From an uncultured Acidobacteriaceae bacterium (GTDB lineage: Bacteria; Acidobacteriota; Terriglobia; Terriglobales; Acidobacteriaceae), in assembly GCA_963767745.1 (NCBI GenBank), contig CAVYFF010000001.1:116614-180613 (forward strand): a stretch of 64,000 nt of DNA, read 5' to 3'. The translations under genes were made by a program, and so were the position numbers. The notes under the pieces were generated by a model. The model made no database searches, was not told the DNA's origin, and saw only the letters and a list, made by a program, of their open reading frames with translations. Shown piece by piece: positions 1-10,463 of the stretch (positions are counted from its first letter, which is position 1; each line of letters starts with the position of its first letter).

Positions 1-119
1 TCGGATACCTGGATCGACAGTAGTCTTTCTCAACGTGTCCATGAAATGTTGGCTTTCGAAGTTGTTGATCGCTGTGTCCATTACAGGAAAGCACTGTAGC
101 TTTTTATACGTTCGATTGC

Positions 120-1055
120 ATGCCTGCAAAACGTACCTTCGACGCCGAACTCGCCACCCTGGAAGCTCTCCGCGACGCGTCGCCGGAAGTCGCCGAGCCC
201 GAGCTTGCCAAGGCGCTGAGCCATCGCAACAATCTGATCGTCTCCAAGGCCGCCGCACTCATCCTTCATCACCAGCTGACTGCACTCATACCAAATCTTG
301 CCACAGCCTTTACACGGTTCGTCGAAAATTCCGCAAAGTCTGACCCACAGTGTTGGGCCAAAAATGCTCTCGCTAAAACATTGGCCGCGTTTGAATATCA
401 AGAACCAGAACTGTTCCTTGTTGGCATGCGACATGTCCAGCTTGAGCCAGTTTGGGGCGGATCGGCCGACACCGCCGGAACGCTGCGCAGTACATGTGCG
501 CTCGCGCTGGTCCAATGCCGCGAACTAAACAGCCATCGCCTGCTCATCCAGCTCATTCCGCTGCTGGCAGACAAAGAACTCCCAGTCCGGATCAACGTGG
601 TTCGTGCCATCGAGCAGGTGGGCAACGACTCCGCCGCGCTCCTCCTCCGCATGCTTGCCGAGCTCCCCTCGGATAATCCCGAATTCCAGGGAGCCTGCTT
701 CTCTGGGGTGCTGGCGCTCGAAGGCCCTTCTGCGATTGCGTGGGCCGGACGGTTTCTCTCTCGCGAAGATGATTCTGCCGCGGAGGCCGTCATGGCGATC
801 GCCCAGACGCACACGATAGAAGCATTCCAGTTGCTGCGATCCACGTTCGCCGCCGCGCGCGATGCCTGGTTCCGTAACACCGTTCTCTCTGCCATCGCAC
901 TGACTCGCCGGCAGGAGGCCGTAGACTGGCTCCTCGGCCTGGTAGCGAACGAGGAGGACGACCAGGCCTCCGGCGCCCATGAAGCTCTGTGCCGCTCCGC
1001 CCCGTCAGCCGACACCCTGGACCGTCTCAAACAGCTTGGCAAGCCGTGTATTTAG
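120..1055 (+). CDS. HEAT-repeat-like helical protein, function unknown
   Basis: 311-aa ATG ORF with recurring helical motifs of the D..LPVR...V.A type (DKELPVRINVVRAIEQVG). No catalytic motif recognised. Confidence 0.55.
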   Translation: MPAKRTFDAELATLEALRDASPEVAEPELAKALSHRNNLIVSKAAALILHHQLTALIPNLATAFTRFVENSAKSDPQCWAKNALAKTLAAFEYQEPELFLVGMRHVQLEPVWGGSADTAGTLRSTCALALVQCRELNSHRLLIQLIPLLADKELPVRINVVRAIEQVGNDSAALLLRMLAELPSDNPEFQGACFSGVLALEGPSAIAWAGRFLSREDDSAAEAVMAIAQTHTIEAFQLLRSTFAAARDAWFRNTVLSAIALTRRQEAVDWLLGLVANEEDDQASGAHEALCRSAPSADTLDRLKQLGKPCI

Positions 1056-1075
1056 AACAGTGCCCAACGCGCGGA

Positions 1076-1921
1076 CTAGGTTTGGTTCGGCAGGGATGCA
1101 GTGGAGAGCCACCAGCCAAAACCAGAGCACCAGCAACTCTCGTCAGGCGAATCGTCTCGATGCAGCGAATTCACCTTCCTCCAATCGTTAGTCCTGAAGG
1201 CTTCAGTGACTCTTCTTCCCTCGGCGTCATTGCGAGCGCCAGTGCAGGGGACGAACTGCGCCGGGAATAAGAATCTGGCTCGGTATCCCTGGTCGCTCTG
1301 CCTGGTGATCAGAAGCATCGCTCCAAAGCCCTCGCCCGGCGTCAGCGGAAATAATAAGCGCCCACCTGGTTTCAGAGCATCCAGCCAGACGGGTAGCGGT
1401 GCAGTCGCTCCAGCGTTCACGTACAGCACATCACACTGGGGCAGCGGGCCTTCCGAGCCGGAGCGATGATGAATGGTGACGTGTGGGAATCTGGCCAGGT
1501 TGGACATGGTGCGTTTCGCCAGCGCGGTATCAATTTCGTAGGCATCCACCACTCCTTCTTCGCCCACGAGCTTAGCCAGTATGGTTGTGTAGTAGCCAGT
1601 ACCAGCCCCTACGTGGACCACCCTTTCTCCGCGCTTAATTGCCAGAGTGGATAGACAAGAGGCATGCAACGTTGGTTCTCCGTTATTGAGCGGTCCCTCC
1701 GTGCCCAGGGCCACGACGATATCCTGATAAAGAAACGTTGGATCGTCCGTAGGTGTTTCAATGTAGCCGGCCGTCGTGGACACCTTCCAGGGAGGCGGAC
1801 CGACGAAATGCTCGCGAGGCGTGGACGCGAAAGCTGCCGCAAGCTCGCTGCCCGCCGCGACGCCGGCCTTAGCGGTAACCAGCCTGGCAAAAAATAGCCT
1901 GTGCGCCTCGAGACGTTCCAT
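1076..1921 (-). CDS. protein-L-isoaspartate O-methyltransferase family SAM-dependent methyltransferase
   Basis: 281-aa ORF. It has SAM motif I VVHVGAGTGYYT, the acidic loop VDAYEID, and a later LKPGGRLLFPL, giving a Pcm-like layout. Confidence 0.75.
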   Translation of the reverse strand: MERLEAHRLFFARLVTAKAGVAAGSELAAAFASTPREHFVGPPPWKVSTTAGYIETPTDDPTFLYQDIVVALGTEGPLNNGEPTLHASCLSTLAIKRGERVVHVGAGTGYYTTILAKLVGEEGVVDAYEIDTALAKRTMSNLARFPHVTIHHRSGSEGPLPQCDVLYVNAGATAPLPVWLDALKPGGRLLFPLTPGEGFGAMLLITRQSDQGYRARFLFPAQFVPCTGARNDAEGRRVTEAFRTNDWRKVNSLHRDDSPDESCWCSGFGWWLSTASLPNQT

Positions 1922-2091
1922 GCCTTGCTCCTTGCCGTATTTAGGGCGGAACTTAAGAGCAACCTCGACATCCTATCAAGTTAGATGCTGACCTGTTCTT
2001 GCCCGCAGTGCTCGATGATTTTTGAAGCCATCGCCTGTTGCGGGACGTCATATTGGGAGAACGTGAGGTCGAGAAACTGCGAGGAAGCGCG

Positions 2092-3105
2092 ATGAAGATG
2101 TGGATGACCCTGGCGGTCTTTGCGGGCCTGTTGAGCGTGGCTGGATTGGTGCAGGGTCGACAGACTGCAGCCTCTCCCCAGGCTGCTCCCGCGGCAGCGT
2201 CTCCCGATAGCGACGAGGAGCCGGACATGCCCGTGGCCAAACCGGCTAGCTCTGCCGGCGCCACGGTGGAGTCCCAAACAAGTGCAGCCTGGGACATGCT
2301 CAATAATGCATTTTCCGACAAAACGACGAAGGCGGAGCCGATGAGGATCGACGCCATTGCTTCGCTTGGAACACTCGGGGATTTTCCTCAAGCCGTAGGT
2401 TCGTTGCGCGATGCGGAAAAGGATCAGGATCGGTATATTCGGCTGGCTGCAGTGACCGCGATGGCCTCCAGCAAGAAAGCGATCTTTATCCCTGACCTGA
2501 AGCAGGCACTCAACGACAATGCACCAGAGGTTAGTTTTTCCGCCGCGGTAGGTCTCTGGAAGATGAACGACAAGAGCGGTGAGAGCGTTCTAGAGGCAGT
2601 CCTTGAAGGAGACCGCAAGGCAAATCGCGGCCTGGTGAGTTCGGAGAAACACGAGGCCGATCAGGATCTGCACAGCCCTACAAAGTTGGCAGAGATCGGA
2701 GCGGAGCAGGGCGCATTCGCGTTGCTGGGCCCCTTTGGTTTTGGACTCAGCGCAATTCGCGGGCGCAGGGGGCAGAACGGAATTCATCCCAGAGTGGTTG
2801 CAGCCACCTTACTTGGTGAGGATAAGTCGACCGCGGCGATGAAACAATTCATAGACGCGCTCGACGATTCCGACCCCGCGGTGCGTACTGCGGCTGCGCG
2901 ACTGCTGGGCGATTATCACGGCAAGGAAGTGACGGATGCGCTCAGCGAAGAACTCAGCGACGCCAAGCCCGCGGTGCGACTGATGGCCGCCGCCTCGTAC
3001 ATACGCGCGGCCCATCCAGAACCAGAGAGCAACCGGCGTAAGAAAACAACATCCATAAGCTCAACTCGTCAGCACTCCACCACTCAGTCAAGAATCGCGC
3101 AATAA
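2092..3105 (+). CDS. secreted HEAT-repeat protein
   Basis: ORF 2038..3105, with the start moved to the signal-peptide-like MKMWMTLAVFAGLLSVAGLVQG. HEAT-type motifs are DDSDPAVRTAAARLLG and DAKPAVRLMAAAS. Confidence 0.6.
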   Translation: MKMWMTLAVFAGLLSVAGLVQGRQTAASPQAAPAAASPDSDEEPDMPVAKPASSAGATVESQTSAAWDMLNNAFSDKTTKAEPMRIDAIASLGTLGDFPQAVGSLRDAEKDQDRYIRLAAVTAMASSKKAIFIPDLKQALNDNAPEVSFSAAVGLWKMNDKSGESVLEAVLEGDRKANRGLVSSEKHEADQDLHSPTKLAEIGAEQGAFALLGPFGFGLSAIRGRRGQNGIHPRVVAATLLGEDKSTAAMKQFIDALDDSDPAVRTAAARLLGDYHGKEVTDALSEELSDAKPAVRLMAAASYIRAAHPEPESNRRKKTTSISSTRQHSTTQSRIAQ

Positions 3106-3158
3106 ATGAACACACAGCACGCCATAAGCGCTAATTGTCTAGGTTGTTCCCCCAAACT

Positions 3159-3718
3159 CCCACAAAGGCGTCATCCTGAGCGGCGCGCGTCACCCATCTA
3201 TCGCGTGAGACAGTGCTTGTGAGCGTAGCCGAAGGAACCCCAGCGCTCCCTATCTTACCCATGCTGCTCGTACCCTTCCGACCACCGAAGCCCGCGAACA
3301 GGATCTGTCGTGGCAAATCTACAAGCTAAATGCTCTAAGGCTGTTTCCGTCAACTTCCCACAAAGGCGTCATCCTGAGCGGAGCGCCTCACCCATCTATC
3401 GCGTGAGACAGTGCTTGTGCGCGGAGTCGAAGGACCCCAGAGATGCTGTCTTACCTATGCTGCTCGCACCCTTTCGACCACCGAAGCCCGCGGATCGCGC
3501 AATAAATCCTCAAGCTGGCCGGCCTCGACGACATTCAAAGAATGTAGAAAGCTCACGGCCTAAGGCTATTTCCGTCAACTCCCCACAAAAGCGTCATCCT
3601 GAGCGGAGCGCCACGCCCATCTATCGCGTGAGACAGTGCTTGTGGCGCGCAGTCGAAGGACCCCATCGATGCTGTCTTACCCACGCTGCTCGTACCTTTT
3701 CGACCACCGAAGCCCGCG
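3159..3718 (+). repeat. three copies of a ~137-bp interspersed repeat (family A: CCCACAAAGGCGTCATCCTGAGCGGAGCGCC ... GTCGAAGGACCCC ... CGACCACCGAAGCCCGCG)
   Basis: Copies read directly at 3159-3296, 3357-3492 and 3582-3718; a fourth copy is at 47717-47851. They lie between convergent genes. ORF 3310..3993 runs through them and is not credible coding. Confidence 0.9.
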
Positions 3719-3734
3719 ATCGCGCAATAAGTTC

Positions 3735-5261
3735 TCAAGCTGGCCGGCCTCGCCGACACTCAAAGAAGTGGAAAGCCCACGCGTCGAGTTCCACGAACAA
3801 ACCCGGCGACTCCATTTCCTCTCCGAGCCGCGAAAAGATCGTGCCACCTATTGGATCGACCAACTCCCACTCGCCATCCTCTGCGCTGGCCCATGGAACC
3901 TGCACCCGGGCCTGCGAGGAGGAGTCGCTAAAATTGACGATGACCAGATACCTCTCGTCATCTTTCAACCAACTCCAGCACAACAAATTTTGAAAGGTCG
4001 CATTGTCTGGCCAACCAGTTCGGCTGCACAAACTCCAGTGGCCATCACGGAAAGCGGGCCTGTCCGTCGCTTTCAGGAGCGTCTCGTAGAACAATTGCAA
4101 CTCCTGATCGACTGATTCGTCCGGGCGCCTACCGAGAAACACAGGCGGTCTCACTTTGCGCCCCTCGAATTGACCCTCATGAAAAAGCCTGAGCCCTGGA
4201 AGCGTGGCAACAATCACTGCCACCGCCCGTTGCTTCGCCGGTGGAAAGACAGTTGCCGCTCGTGGTTCGTCGTGGTTTTCCGTGAATCGAAGTAGTTTGT
4301 CCTGATAACCAAGATCAGCACGCAGATGTTGGCGAATGCTCGCTGCGTTGGTGTGCTCCAGGCGATCGTAGAGTCGCTTGTCGTAACAGAAATCGAAACC
4401 CAGCTGTTGCAGTTGCCACTCTTTATCCCAATACGCTTCCGCGATCCAGACGAAACCAGGAAACTTCCGTTTGACCACAGAGATTACGTCTGTCCAGTAT
4501 TCCGATGCGGGCCCGGGTCCAGCGAGTCCGCCCCAGGTGCGTTCGAAAATCTCATTCAGGAATAGCATCGCCATGTCACATCGGATGCCGTCGCACTGCC
4601 CGGCAATGCTGGATACCGTAGATATCGCAGCCTCACGAAGTCCTGGTGCGAAGGCATTCAACTGCAAGACATCTGGCCACGGCGGAAAATAAGGATCCTT
4701 TCCACGGGCGTAAAACGTTCCCGCTCTATCAAAGTAGGAGATGTCGTCGTGGCCGGCATCATGGGAACCGAGGATGAAATACTCAGGATGATTGGCCACC
4801 CATGGATGATCGAGCGCCACGTGATTGGGCACATAGTCCAGGATCAGTTTCATGCCCCGCTTCGAGAGTTCGCTCCGGGCAATGGCAAGACTCTCTGGGC
4901 CGCCAAGATGGGAATCGACTACGTAACGTCTTACGCAATAGGGCGATCCGTGGTTGTCCTCAGGTAGAAAGTCAGGCAGGGCTCGCCGGAAATCGTCAAC
5001 CAGTCCTTGATTTTGATTCGAAATCGCAATGCCGGCTGGACTTCGTTCCCAAACTCCCATCAGCCAAACAGCATCGAAGCGATAATTCGCGAGAGCGTCC
5101 CACTCGGCTGCTGGGATCGAGGCCAGGGTAACCGCCCTTCCATACTTCTGGCTCAATTCGAAGAGCCAGATCCAGGTGTTGATCTCATACAGGGTTGGGT
5201 ATCGATGCCAGGTGGATAGGTGTGACTCGGCGTTCTTTGTTGCAGCGACACTGGTACCCAC
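3735..5261 (-). CDS. GH13 alpha-amylase family glycoside hydrolase
   Basis: 508-aa ORF with the conserved GH13 regions LILDYVPNHV, GIRCDMAM, WIAEAYWD and FTENHDEPR. Confidence 0.85.
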   Translation of the reverse strand: MGTSVAATKNAESHLSTWHRYPTLYEINTWIWLFELSQKYGRAVTLASIPAAEWDALANYRFDAVWLMGVWERSPAGIAISNQNQGLVDDFRRALPDFLPEDNHGSPYCVRRYVVDSHLGGPESLAIARSELSKRGMKLILDYVPNHVALDHPWVANHPEYFILGSHDAGHDDISYFDRAGTFYARGKDPYFPPWPDVLQLNAFAPGLREAAISTVSSIAGQCDGIRCDMAMLFLNEIFERTWGGLAGPGPASEYWTDVISVVKRKFPGFVWIAEAYWDKEWQLQQLGFDFCYDKRLYDRLEHTNAASIRQHLRADLGYQDKLLRFTENHDEPRAATVFPPAKQRAVAVIVATLPGLRLFHEGQFEGRKVRPPVFLGRRPDESVDQELQLFYETLLKATDRPAFRDGHWSLCSRTGWPDNATFQNLLCWSWLKDDERYLVIVNFSDSSSQARVQVPWASAEDGEWELVDPIGGTIFSRLGEEMESPGLFVELDAWAFHFFECRRGRPA

Positions 5262-5410
5262 AATTCCTCCTGCAAATGGGTCGACAATCGGCTCCTGCTA
5301 GGTTCAAGCTACCATTTTCTATCGGGCAACCACGGCGTCCCTACGTCTAAGTATCACCACCACCTATTGAACTGGACCGCGCCCCCGGCGGCAGGAGGCT
5401 TAGCCCCTTG

Positions 5411-7070
5411 ATGAAATGTGCGTTGCTGCTTGCTTTTGCCTTGTATGGAACGGGATCAGTGGCCGCCCAGACCCCGGTGGAGTTGAACCCCCGGGAAGCT
5501 AGCCTTTGGCAGCACATCGCCGGACCTCGCGAGGCAATCCACGCGGACCTGGACAAGCTCTCTCCCATGGAAAGGATCAACGCGCGAGTGGAGCTCGAGG
5601 TCATCGTTTCGCCCGGCGGCCGGGTTTTGCAGGCGCACGCGACGCGAGGCCCGGCGCAGTTCTACGATCAGGCGGAGGCGATCGAGAGGGATCGTCTATT
5701 CACGCCCTTTACCAGGGATGGCAGGCCGGTACTTGCCAAGGTAAACGACGTGGTCGAGATAGTCCCACCGGAGACGTGGCTTCCAACCAACGTCCCTTTT
5801 CCTGAGAAGGTGGACCTGCGTACGCTCGTCATTGCGCTAAGTCGAACGAGGTGCTACGGCAGGTGCCCCGCGTACACCGTATCGCTCGAAGGATCCGGTG
5901 TCGTGCACTTCGTAGGAGAAGCCTATGTGCTCGTGCCCGGCCATCATACGGCTCACGTCTCGCCGGAGACGATCCAGACCCTGCTGAATGCATTTCGCAA
6001 AGCGAATTTCCTGTCGGCAAAAGACAGTTATAGCGCAATGGTTACGGATAATCCCAGCCAGACCATCACTTTGAAGATCGGGGAAACGACCAAGGTGGTC
6101 GAGAGACTACGTCGGTACCGCCGCCGGGATGCCGGATGCCATACGCGCGCTGGAGCAGCAAATCGATGAAGCGGCTGGGACCGAGCGCTGGATCAAGGGC
6201 AATGAGGAAACCTACAAGGCGCTCCGGGCGGAGCATTGGGATTTCAGCAGTGCCGGCGCAGACAACATCGCCCTCTACCGGAGCGCCATCGAGCGTAAGG
6301 ATCCGAATCTGCTCGAGGCGCTCCTGCGTGCCCGAGCTCCGGTAGATATTGCAGATGAGAAGAAGCGAGAGGATGCGCCCATTTGTGTGGCCAGTTCGTC
6401 GGGCAATGCGGTTCTGGTCGAGCGCATGTTTGCCCAGCAACCGGGAATGAGCAAGGCGGTGCTGCAGCCTTGTCTTGCTGCCGCCGCCCTCAGCGGGAAT
6501 GTGGAATTGCTCGACTTCTGGATTGACAAGGGAGCCAAGCCCGAGGGCGCGGGCAGCATATTGAGAAATGGGATTCTCTCAAAAAACGCGGCCATGGTGC
6601 GACGCCTGGTGGAGTATCCGGTGGATGTGCATGAGCGCATCAATGACATTCCGTTACTCAGCTTTGCGGTAGAACGCGCCGGCGAAGGGTCGGAGGGTCC
6701 CGAAATCGTTGGCCTGCTCCTGAAGGCCGGTGCGTCGCCCAACGAGAAGGACTGGCAAGGCCGAACGGCCCTATTCTCCGTAGGACTACAAAAGGCGTCC
6801 ATTCAGCCACTGATTTCGCTGCTGCTGGCGTCGGGAGCGGCCGTCGATGCTCGCGACAAGAACGGCGATACGGCGCTGATGGGCCACGCCTTCATCCTGG
6901 AAATGGTCCGTGCGTTACTGGCTGCCGGGGCCGATCCCACGTTGGCAGACAATCGAGGTCAAACCGCGTTGACGATGGCGCGCCGGTTTGCTTGTGAACC
7001 CTGTGCAACGACGATAGAGGAGGCGGTACGCAAACGGGCCGCAACGACTGCGGGAGCTGGCCAGCCGTAG
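5411..7070 (+). pseudogene. DUF6438-like domain fused to ankyrin repeats; single frameshift near 6104
   Basis: ORF 5408..6169 has a signal peptide and the CYGRCPAYTVSLEGSG motif. It continues in another frame as ..DYVGTAAGMPDAIRALEQQIDEAAGTERW into ORF 6129..7070, which carries ankyrin-like repeats (GRTALF.., NGDTALM.., RGQTALT). The junction GTC GAG A GAC TAC implies a 1-nt indel. Confidence 0.6.
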
Positions 7071-7075
7071 CCTGG

Positions 7076-9709
7076 CTACTCCGTCCGCAACGCCTGCATG
7101 GGGTCGATCGAAGCGGCGTGCCGCGCGGGGATGAGAGCAGCGATGAACCCGCAAACGGCAAGCAATACGCAGACCCACAAGATCGTGGTTGGATCGTGTG
7201 CGCCGACGCCAAAGAGGAAGGCTTTGATGGTTCGGGTGGCGATCCAGGAGCAGGCAAGGCCGGAGACCAGGCCCAGGCCCAACAAGAATCCTGCCTTCCT
7301 CAGAATCATCAGCGTGACGTCGTCTCGTTGCGCGCCCAGAGCCATCCGGATACCCAATTCTCGGCTTCGGCGGCTCACGGAATAGGTTATGAGACCATAG
7401 AGGCCAACCATCGCGAGAAACAGAGCCATGCCGGCAAAAACGGTGAGCAGCGTAGTTTGGAACCGTCGCTGTGCGCTCGCCTCCGATACCAGGTCGCCCA
7501 TCGTGTGAATATCGGCCAACCCAAGGGCTGGGTCGATACTCTTCAGGGTTGCTCGAATCTCGGCCACCAGGGCAGACGGTGGAAGCTCCGAACGAACAAC
7601 GATCGATCCGCCGTCATAGTCCGGGACATACATCTGTGGCTGTGGCGTTTCTTCCAGGCTGGTATGGCGCACATCCGCGACTACGCCCACGACAGTACTC
7701 CATTGAGTATGGTTGTCGTCAGTACTGATCCGTCCGCCAATCGGATTGCGGTTGGCAAAATACACTTTGGCAAATTGTTGGTTGACGATGGTTGGCCGCG
7801 AAGTGCTGGAAACATCGCTCTCGGTAAAGAAGCGCCCCGCGATTAGCGGAATATTCATGGCTGAAAAATATTGCGGTGTGACGCCACGTCCTTCGGCCAT
7901 TTGATCTTTCTCGTTCGCGAAGCCCTCTACCCAAAAGTACCCCAGGCTTTCGGAATGAGTGAGTGGAAGGTAGTTGATGCCGCCAGCCACGTTCACCCCC
8001 GGAAGGGCGCTTATTTTGCCAATGAGATTGGCGAAGAATGGGCGACGTTGCTCCGGTTGTGAATAGCGCGCGTCAAGCAGGACGTTCATGGTGACCGTGG
8101 ACGGCGAGAACCCTGTGTCGACCGATTCGACGTTCAGGTAACTGCGGATCAGCAGCCCGGAGCAGGCAAGCAGCACCACCACCATCGCCGCCTCCACGAC
8201 GATCAACGCGCTTTGCGAGCGGCTGTGCGTGGGCACCGGGTTGAATGCCAGGAAACCGGCAGGGCTCACCCTGGAAACAGCCAATGCCGGCAGAATGCCG
8301 GTCAACAGGCTGGTGAGCAGAGATACGCCGACAGTAAACAGCAAGACCCGCATATCCAGCGAAGCTTGATTGAGGCGCGGAATATTGCCGGGGTCGAGAT
8401 GGGGCAGGATGCGTAGAAAGATCCAGGCCAAGCCAACTCCGAGGGCTCCCGCGGCAACGCCGATCAGCAGCGACTCGGTAAGCAGTTGACGAATGATGCG
8501 GCTGCGGCCCGCTCCCAGCGCGACCCGCATGCCAAGTTCGCGCATCCGGTGAGCGGCCCTGGCCAGAAGCAGGCAGGCCGCATTTCCGCAGGCAATTAGC
8601 AGCACCAGAAACACCGCACCAAGCAGCATCCACATGAGGGGACGCACCGGGCCGAGGGCGGTGTCCAGGAACCCCTTGATGAACGCGCCCCAACCTCTGA
8701 GGCCGGTATGAAGCGCGTCCAGGCGAGTCATGATGGTGCCCATTTCCAATTGCGCCTGACTCACCGAGACCCCGGGGCGCAAACGAGCGATCACCTCATC
8801 GCTTCCCGGTTCGCGATCCATCTTCTGCTTTGGGGTCAGCGCAAGTGGGATCCAGATGTGTGTGGTTTTGCTGGCAGCGACTCCATTAGCCAGGTCGGAG
8901 TCGGATGGGTACTGAAACGACGGCGGCATAACTCCAATGATTTTGTAACTGGTGCCATCCAGGGGAATGGAGCGCTCTAAGATGTCCGCTCTGCCCCCGA
9001 ACATCGAGTGCCAAAGCGAATGGCTGATCACGGCCACCCTCTCATGGCCCGGCTGATTGTCGTCGGCCCCGATCGCGCGGCCGAGTACCGGACTCGACTG
9101 GAGAGTCGCGAAAAATCTCTCGTCCACGCGAGCAGCGCCCATCCGCTCCACCGAACCGCCTAACGCGAGATTGAACGTTGCCTGCTCAAAGGCGGTCATG
9201 TCGGCGAACGAATGGCTCTGTTGCTTCAAGTCGTAGAAGTCCGCGTAACTCGGCGTCATGACGTCAGCAGGGATGGGGATGTGTGGGTTGGGCGTGAACA
9301 GATAGACTAGCCGCTCAGGGTCTCCGTAGGGCAACGATCGAACCAGGACCGCATTCACCAGGCTGAAGATGGCCGTACAAGCCCCGATGCCGAGGGCAAG
9401 CGTGAGCACAGCGGTGACGGTAAACCCGGGACTTCTGCGTAGCGTGCGCAGACCATAGCGAGTGTCCCGCAAAAGAGAATCGAGCCAGGGAAGAGTGCGC
9501 TGCTGGCGATGGGCCTGTCTTGTTTGCTCTGCGCCGCCGAGATGCAGGAGGGCCTGGCGCCGCGCTTCCTCGGGCGCCAGCCCGGCGCGGATGCCGTCGT
9601 CGGTATGAAACGCGATGTGAGATTCGAGTTCGGCAGAGAAGTCATCGTCCGAACGGCGCCGGTTGAATAAGCCGAGAATACGAAGGCCGAAGGCTCGCAC
9701 TTTGCGCAT
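7076..9709 (-). CDS. ADOP-family duplicated FtsX/MacB-type permease
   Basis: Intact 877-aa ORF. The N-terminus MRKVRAFGLRILGLFNRRRSDDDFSAELESHIAFHTDD is typical of the family. It has two FtsX-like 4-TM modules and ends DPMQALRTE. It lies directly downstream of a PadR gene. Confidence 0.85.
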   Translation of the reverse strand: MRKVRAFGLRILGLFNRRRSDDDFSAELESHIAFHTDDGIRAGLAPEEARRQALLHLGGAEQTRQAHRQQRTLPWLDSLLRDTRYGLRTLRRSPGFTVTAVLTLALGIGACTAIFSLVNAVLVRSLPYGDPERLVYLFTPNPHIPIPADVMTPSYADFYDLKQQSHSFADMTAFEQATFNLALGGSVERMGAARVDERFFATLQSSPVLGRAIGADDNQPGHERVAVISHSLWHSMFGGRADILERSIPLDGTSYKIIGVMPPSFQYPSDSDLANGVAASKTTHIWIPLALTPKQKMDREPGSDEVIARLRPGVSVSQAQLEMGTIMTRLDALHTGLRGWGAFIKGFLDTALGPVRPLMWMLLGAVFLVLLIACGNAACLLLARAAHRMRELGMRVALGAGRSRIIRQLLTESLLIGVAAGALGVGLAWIFLRILPHLDPGNIPRLNQASLDMRVLLFTVGVSLLTSLLTGILPALAVSRVSPAGFLAFNPVPTHSRSQSALIVVEAAMVVVLLACSGLLIRSYLNVESVDTGFSPSTVTMNVLLDARYSQPEQRRPFFANLIGKISALPGVNVAGGINYLPLTHSESLGYFWVEGFANEKDQMAEGRGVTPQYFSAMNIPLIAGRFFTESDVSSTSRPTIVNQQFAKVYFANRNPIGGRISTDDNHTQWSTVVGVVADVRHTSLEETPQPQMYVPDYDGGSIVVRSELPPSALVAEIRATLKSIDPALGLADIHTMGDLVSEASAQRRFQTTLLTVFAGMALFLAMVGLYGLITYSVSRRSRELGIRMALGAQRDDVTLMILRKAGFLLGLGLVSGLACSWIATRTIKAFLFGVGAHDPTTILWVCVLLAVCGFIAALIPARHAASIDPMQALRTE

Positions 9710-9718
9710 GGCGCCTCC

Positions 9719-10063
9719 TTATGCCTCGCCAGCCGGGGTCAGGAAGCGCGCCAGGATCGCGGTGGTCTGCTCCCATTCGGCGGCCGCTTTCTTCAATTGC
9801 CGCTGGCCGGCTTTGGTCAGCTCGTAATACTTTGCCCGGCGGTTATTTTCGGAGACGCCCCAGTGGGAGCGGATGAAGCCTTCCTGCTCCAGTTTGAGCA
9901 GAGCCGGATAGAGGGTGCCGTAGTTCAACTGCAGCAGATCGCCGCTGGTCTGCTCGATCCGGCGCGCGACACCATAGCCATGGAGCGGACCGAGCGTCTC
10001 AAGCGTGCGCAGAACCATCAGCGCAAGAGTTCCTTGCCAAACATCGGTTTTGTCGCCCACCAT
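9719..10063 (-). CDS. PadR family transcriptional regulator
   Basis: Within ORF 9719..10216, with the start moved to MVGDKTDVWQGTLALMVLRTL. The winged-helix core is GPLHGYGVARRIEQTSGDLLQLNYGTLYPALLKLEQEGFI. An AGGAG Shine-Dalgarno sequence precedes the ATG. Confidence 0.85.
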   Translation of the reverse strand: MVGDKTDVWQGTLALMVLRTLETLGPLHGYGVARRIEQTSGDLLQLNYGTLYPALLKLEQEGFIRSHWGVSENNRRAKYYELTKAGQRQLKKAAAEWEQTTAILARFLTPAGEA

Positions 10064-10092
10064 TTCTCCTATGGTTACCCAATAGGAGAAAT
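10062..10092. promoter_or_regulatory. perfect 11-bp inverted repeat ATTTCTCCTAT-N9-ATAGGAGAAAT overlapping the SD and ATG of the PadR gene
   Basis: Read directly. On the mRNA strand, one arm contains the AGGAG SD and abuts the start codon. It is either a candidate PadR operator or an SD-sequestering hairpin. Confidence 0.4.
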
Positions 10093-10293
10093 ATAATCTC
10101 CGACCTACGGGAATGCAAGAGTTGGAGGGAATCGACGGGTGCCCCACGTTCGCCCAAGCGTACGTGGGACGAAAAGATGGGCGAAGCCCAACGACCGCTC
10201 TCGTTACATCAGACACAGAAGGGACCGGTCAGCGTTCTTCGAGGAACTCAGAACGACAGTCCTGGGTGCGGCCTTCTCCAGCGCCGCGTGGCA

Positions 10294-10440
10294 GTCGGGA
10301 TGACAATTCATCTTGGAAACTATACTTAGCGTTCCCAAACAAAATTGTCATCCCGACCGGAGCGTAGCGTAGTGGAGGGATCTGCGGTGCGCCCTTCGGG
10401 CTTCCCAAATTCGGGAGTTCTCACGCAGACTCTTTAGCTC
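10294..10440. repeat. family B palindromic intergenic repeat (core GTCATCCCGACCGGAGCGTAGC..GGAGGGATCTGCGGTGCGCC)
   Basis: Perfect 15-bp inverted arms GTCGGGATGACAATT (10294-10308) and AATTGTCATCCCGAC (10343-10357). The tail is shared with 30880-31130 and 34670-34740. Confidence 0.85.
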
Positions 10441-10463
10441 TGCCACCAAAAAACAGCGTGGCG

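Noticed and set aside
3310-3993. 227-aa ORF across the family A repeats
   Set aside because: The peptide repeats itself with the DNA repeat (..PQRRHPERSASPIYRVRQCL..). It also runs antisense into the GH13 gene, so it is not coding.
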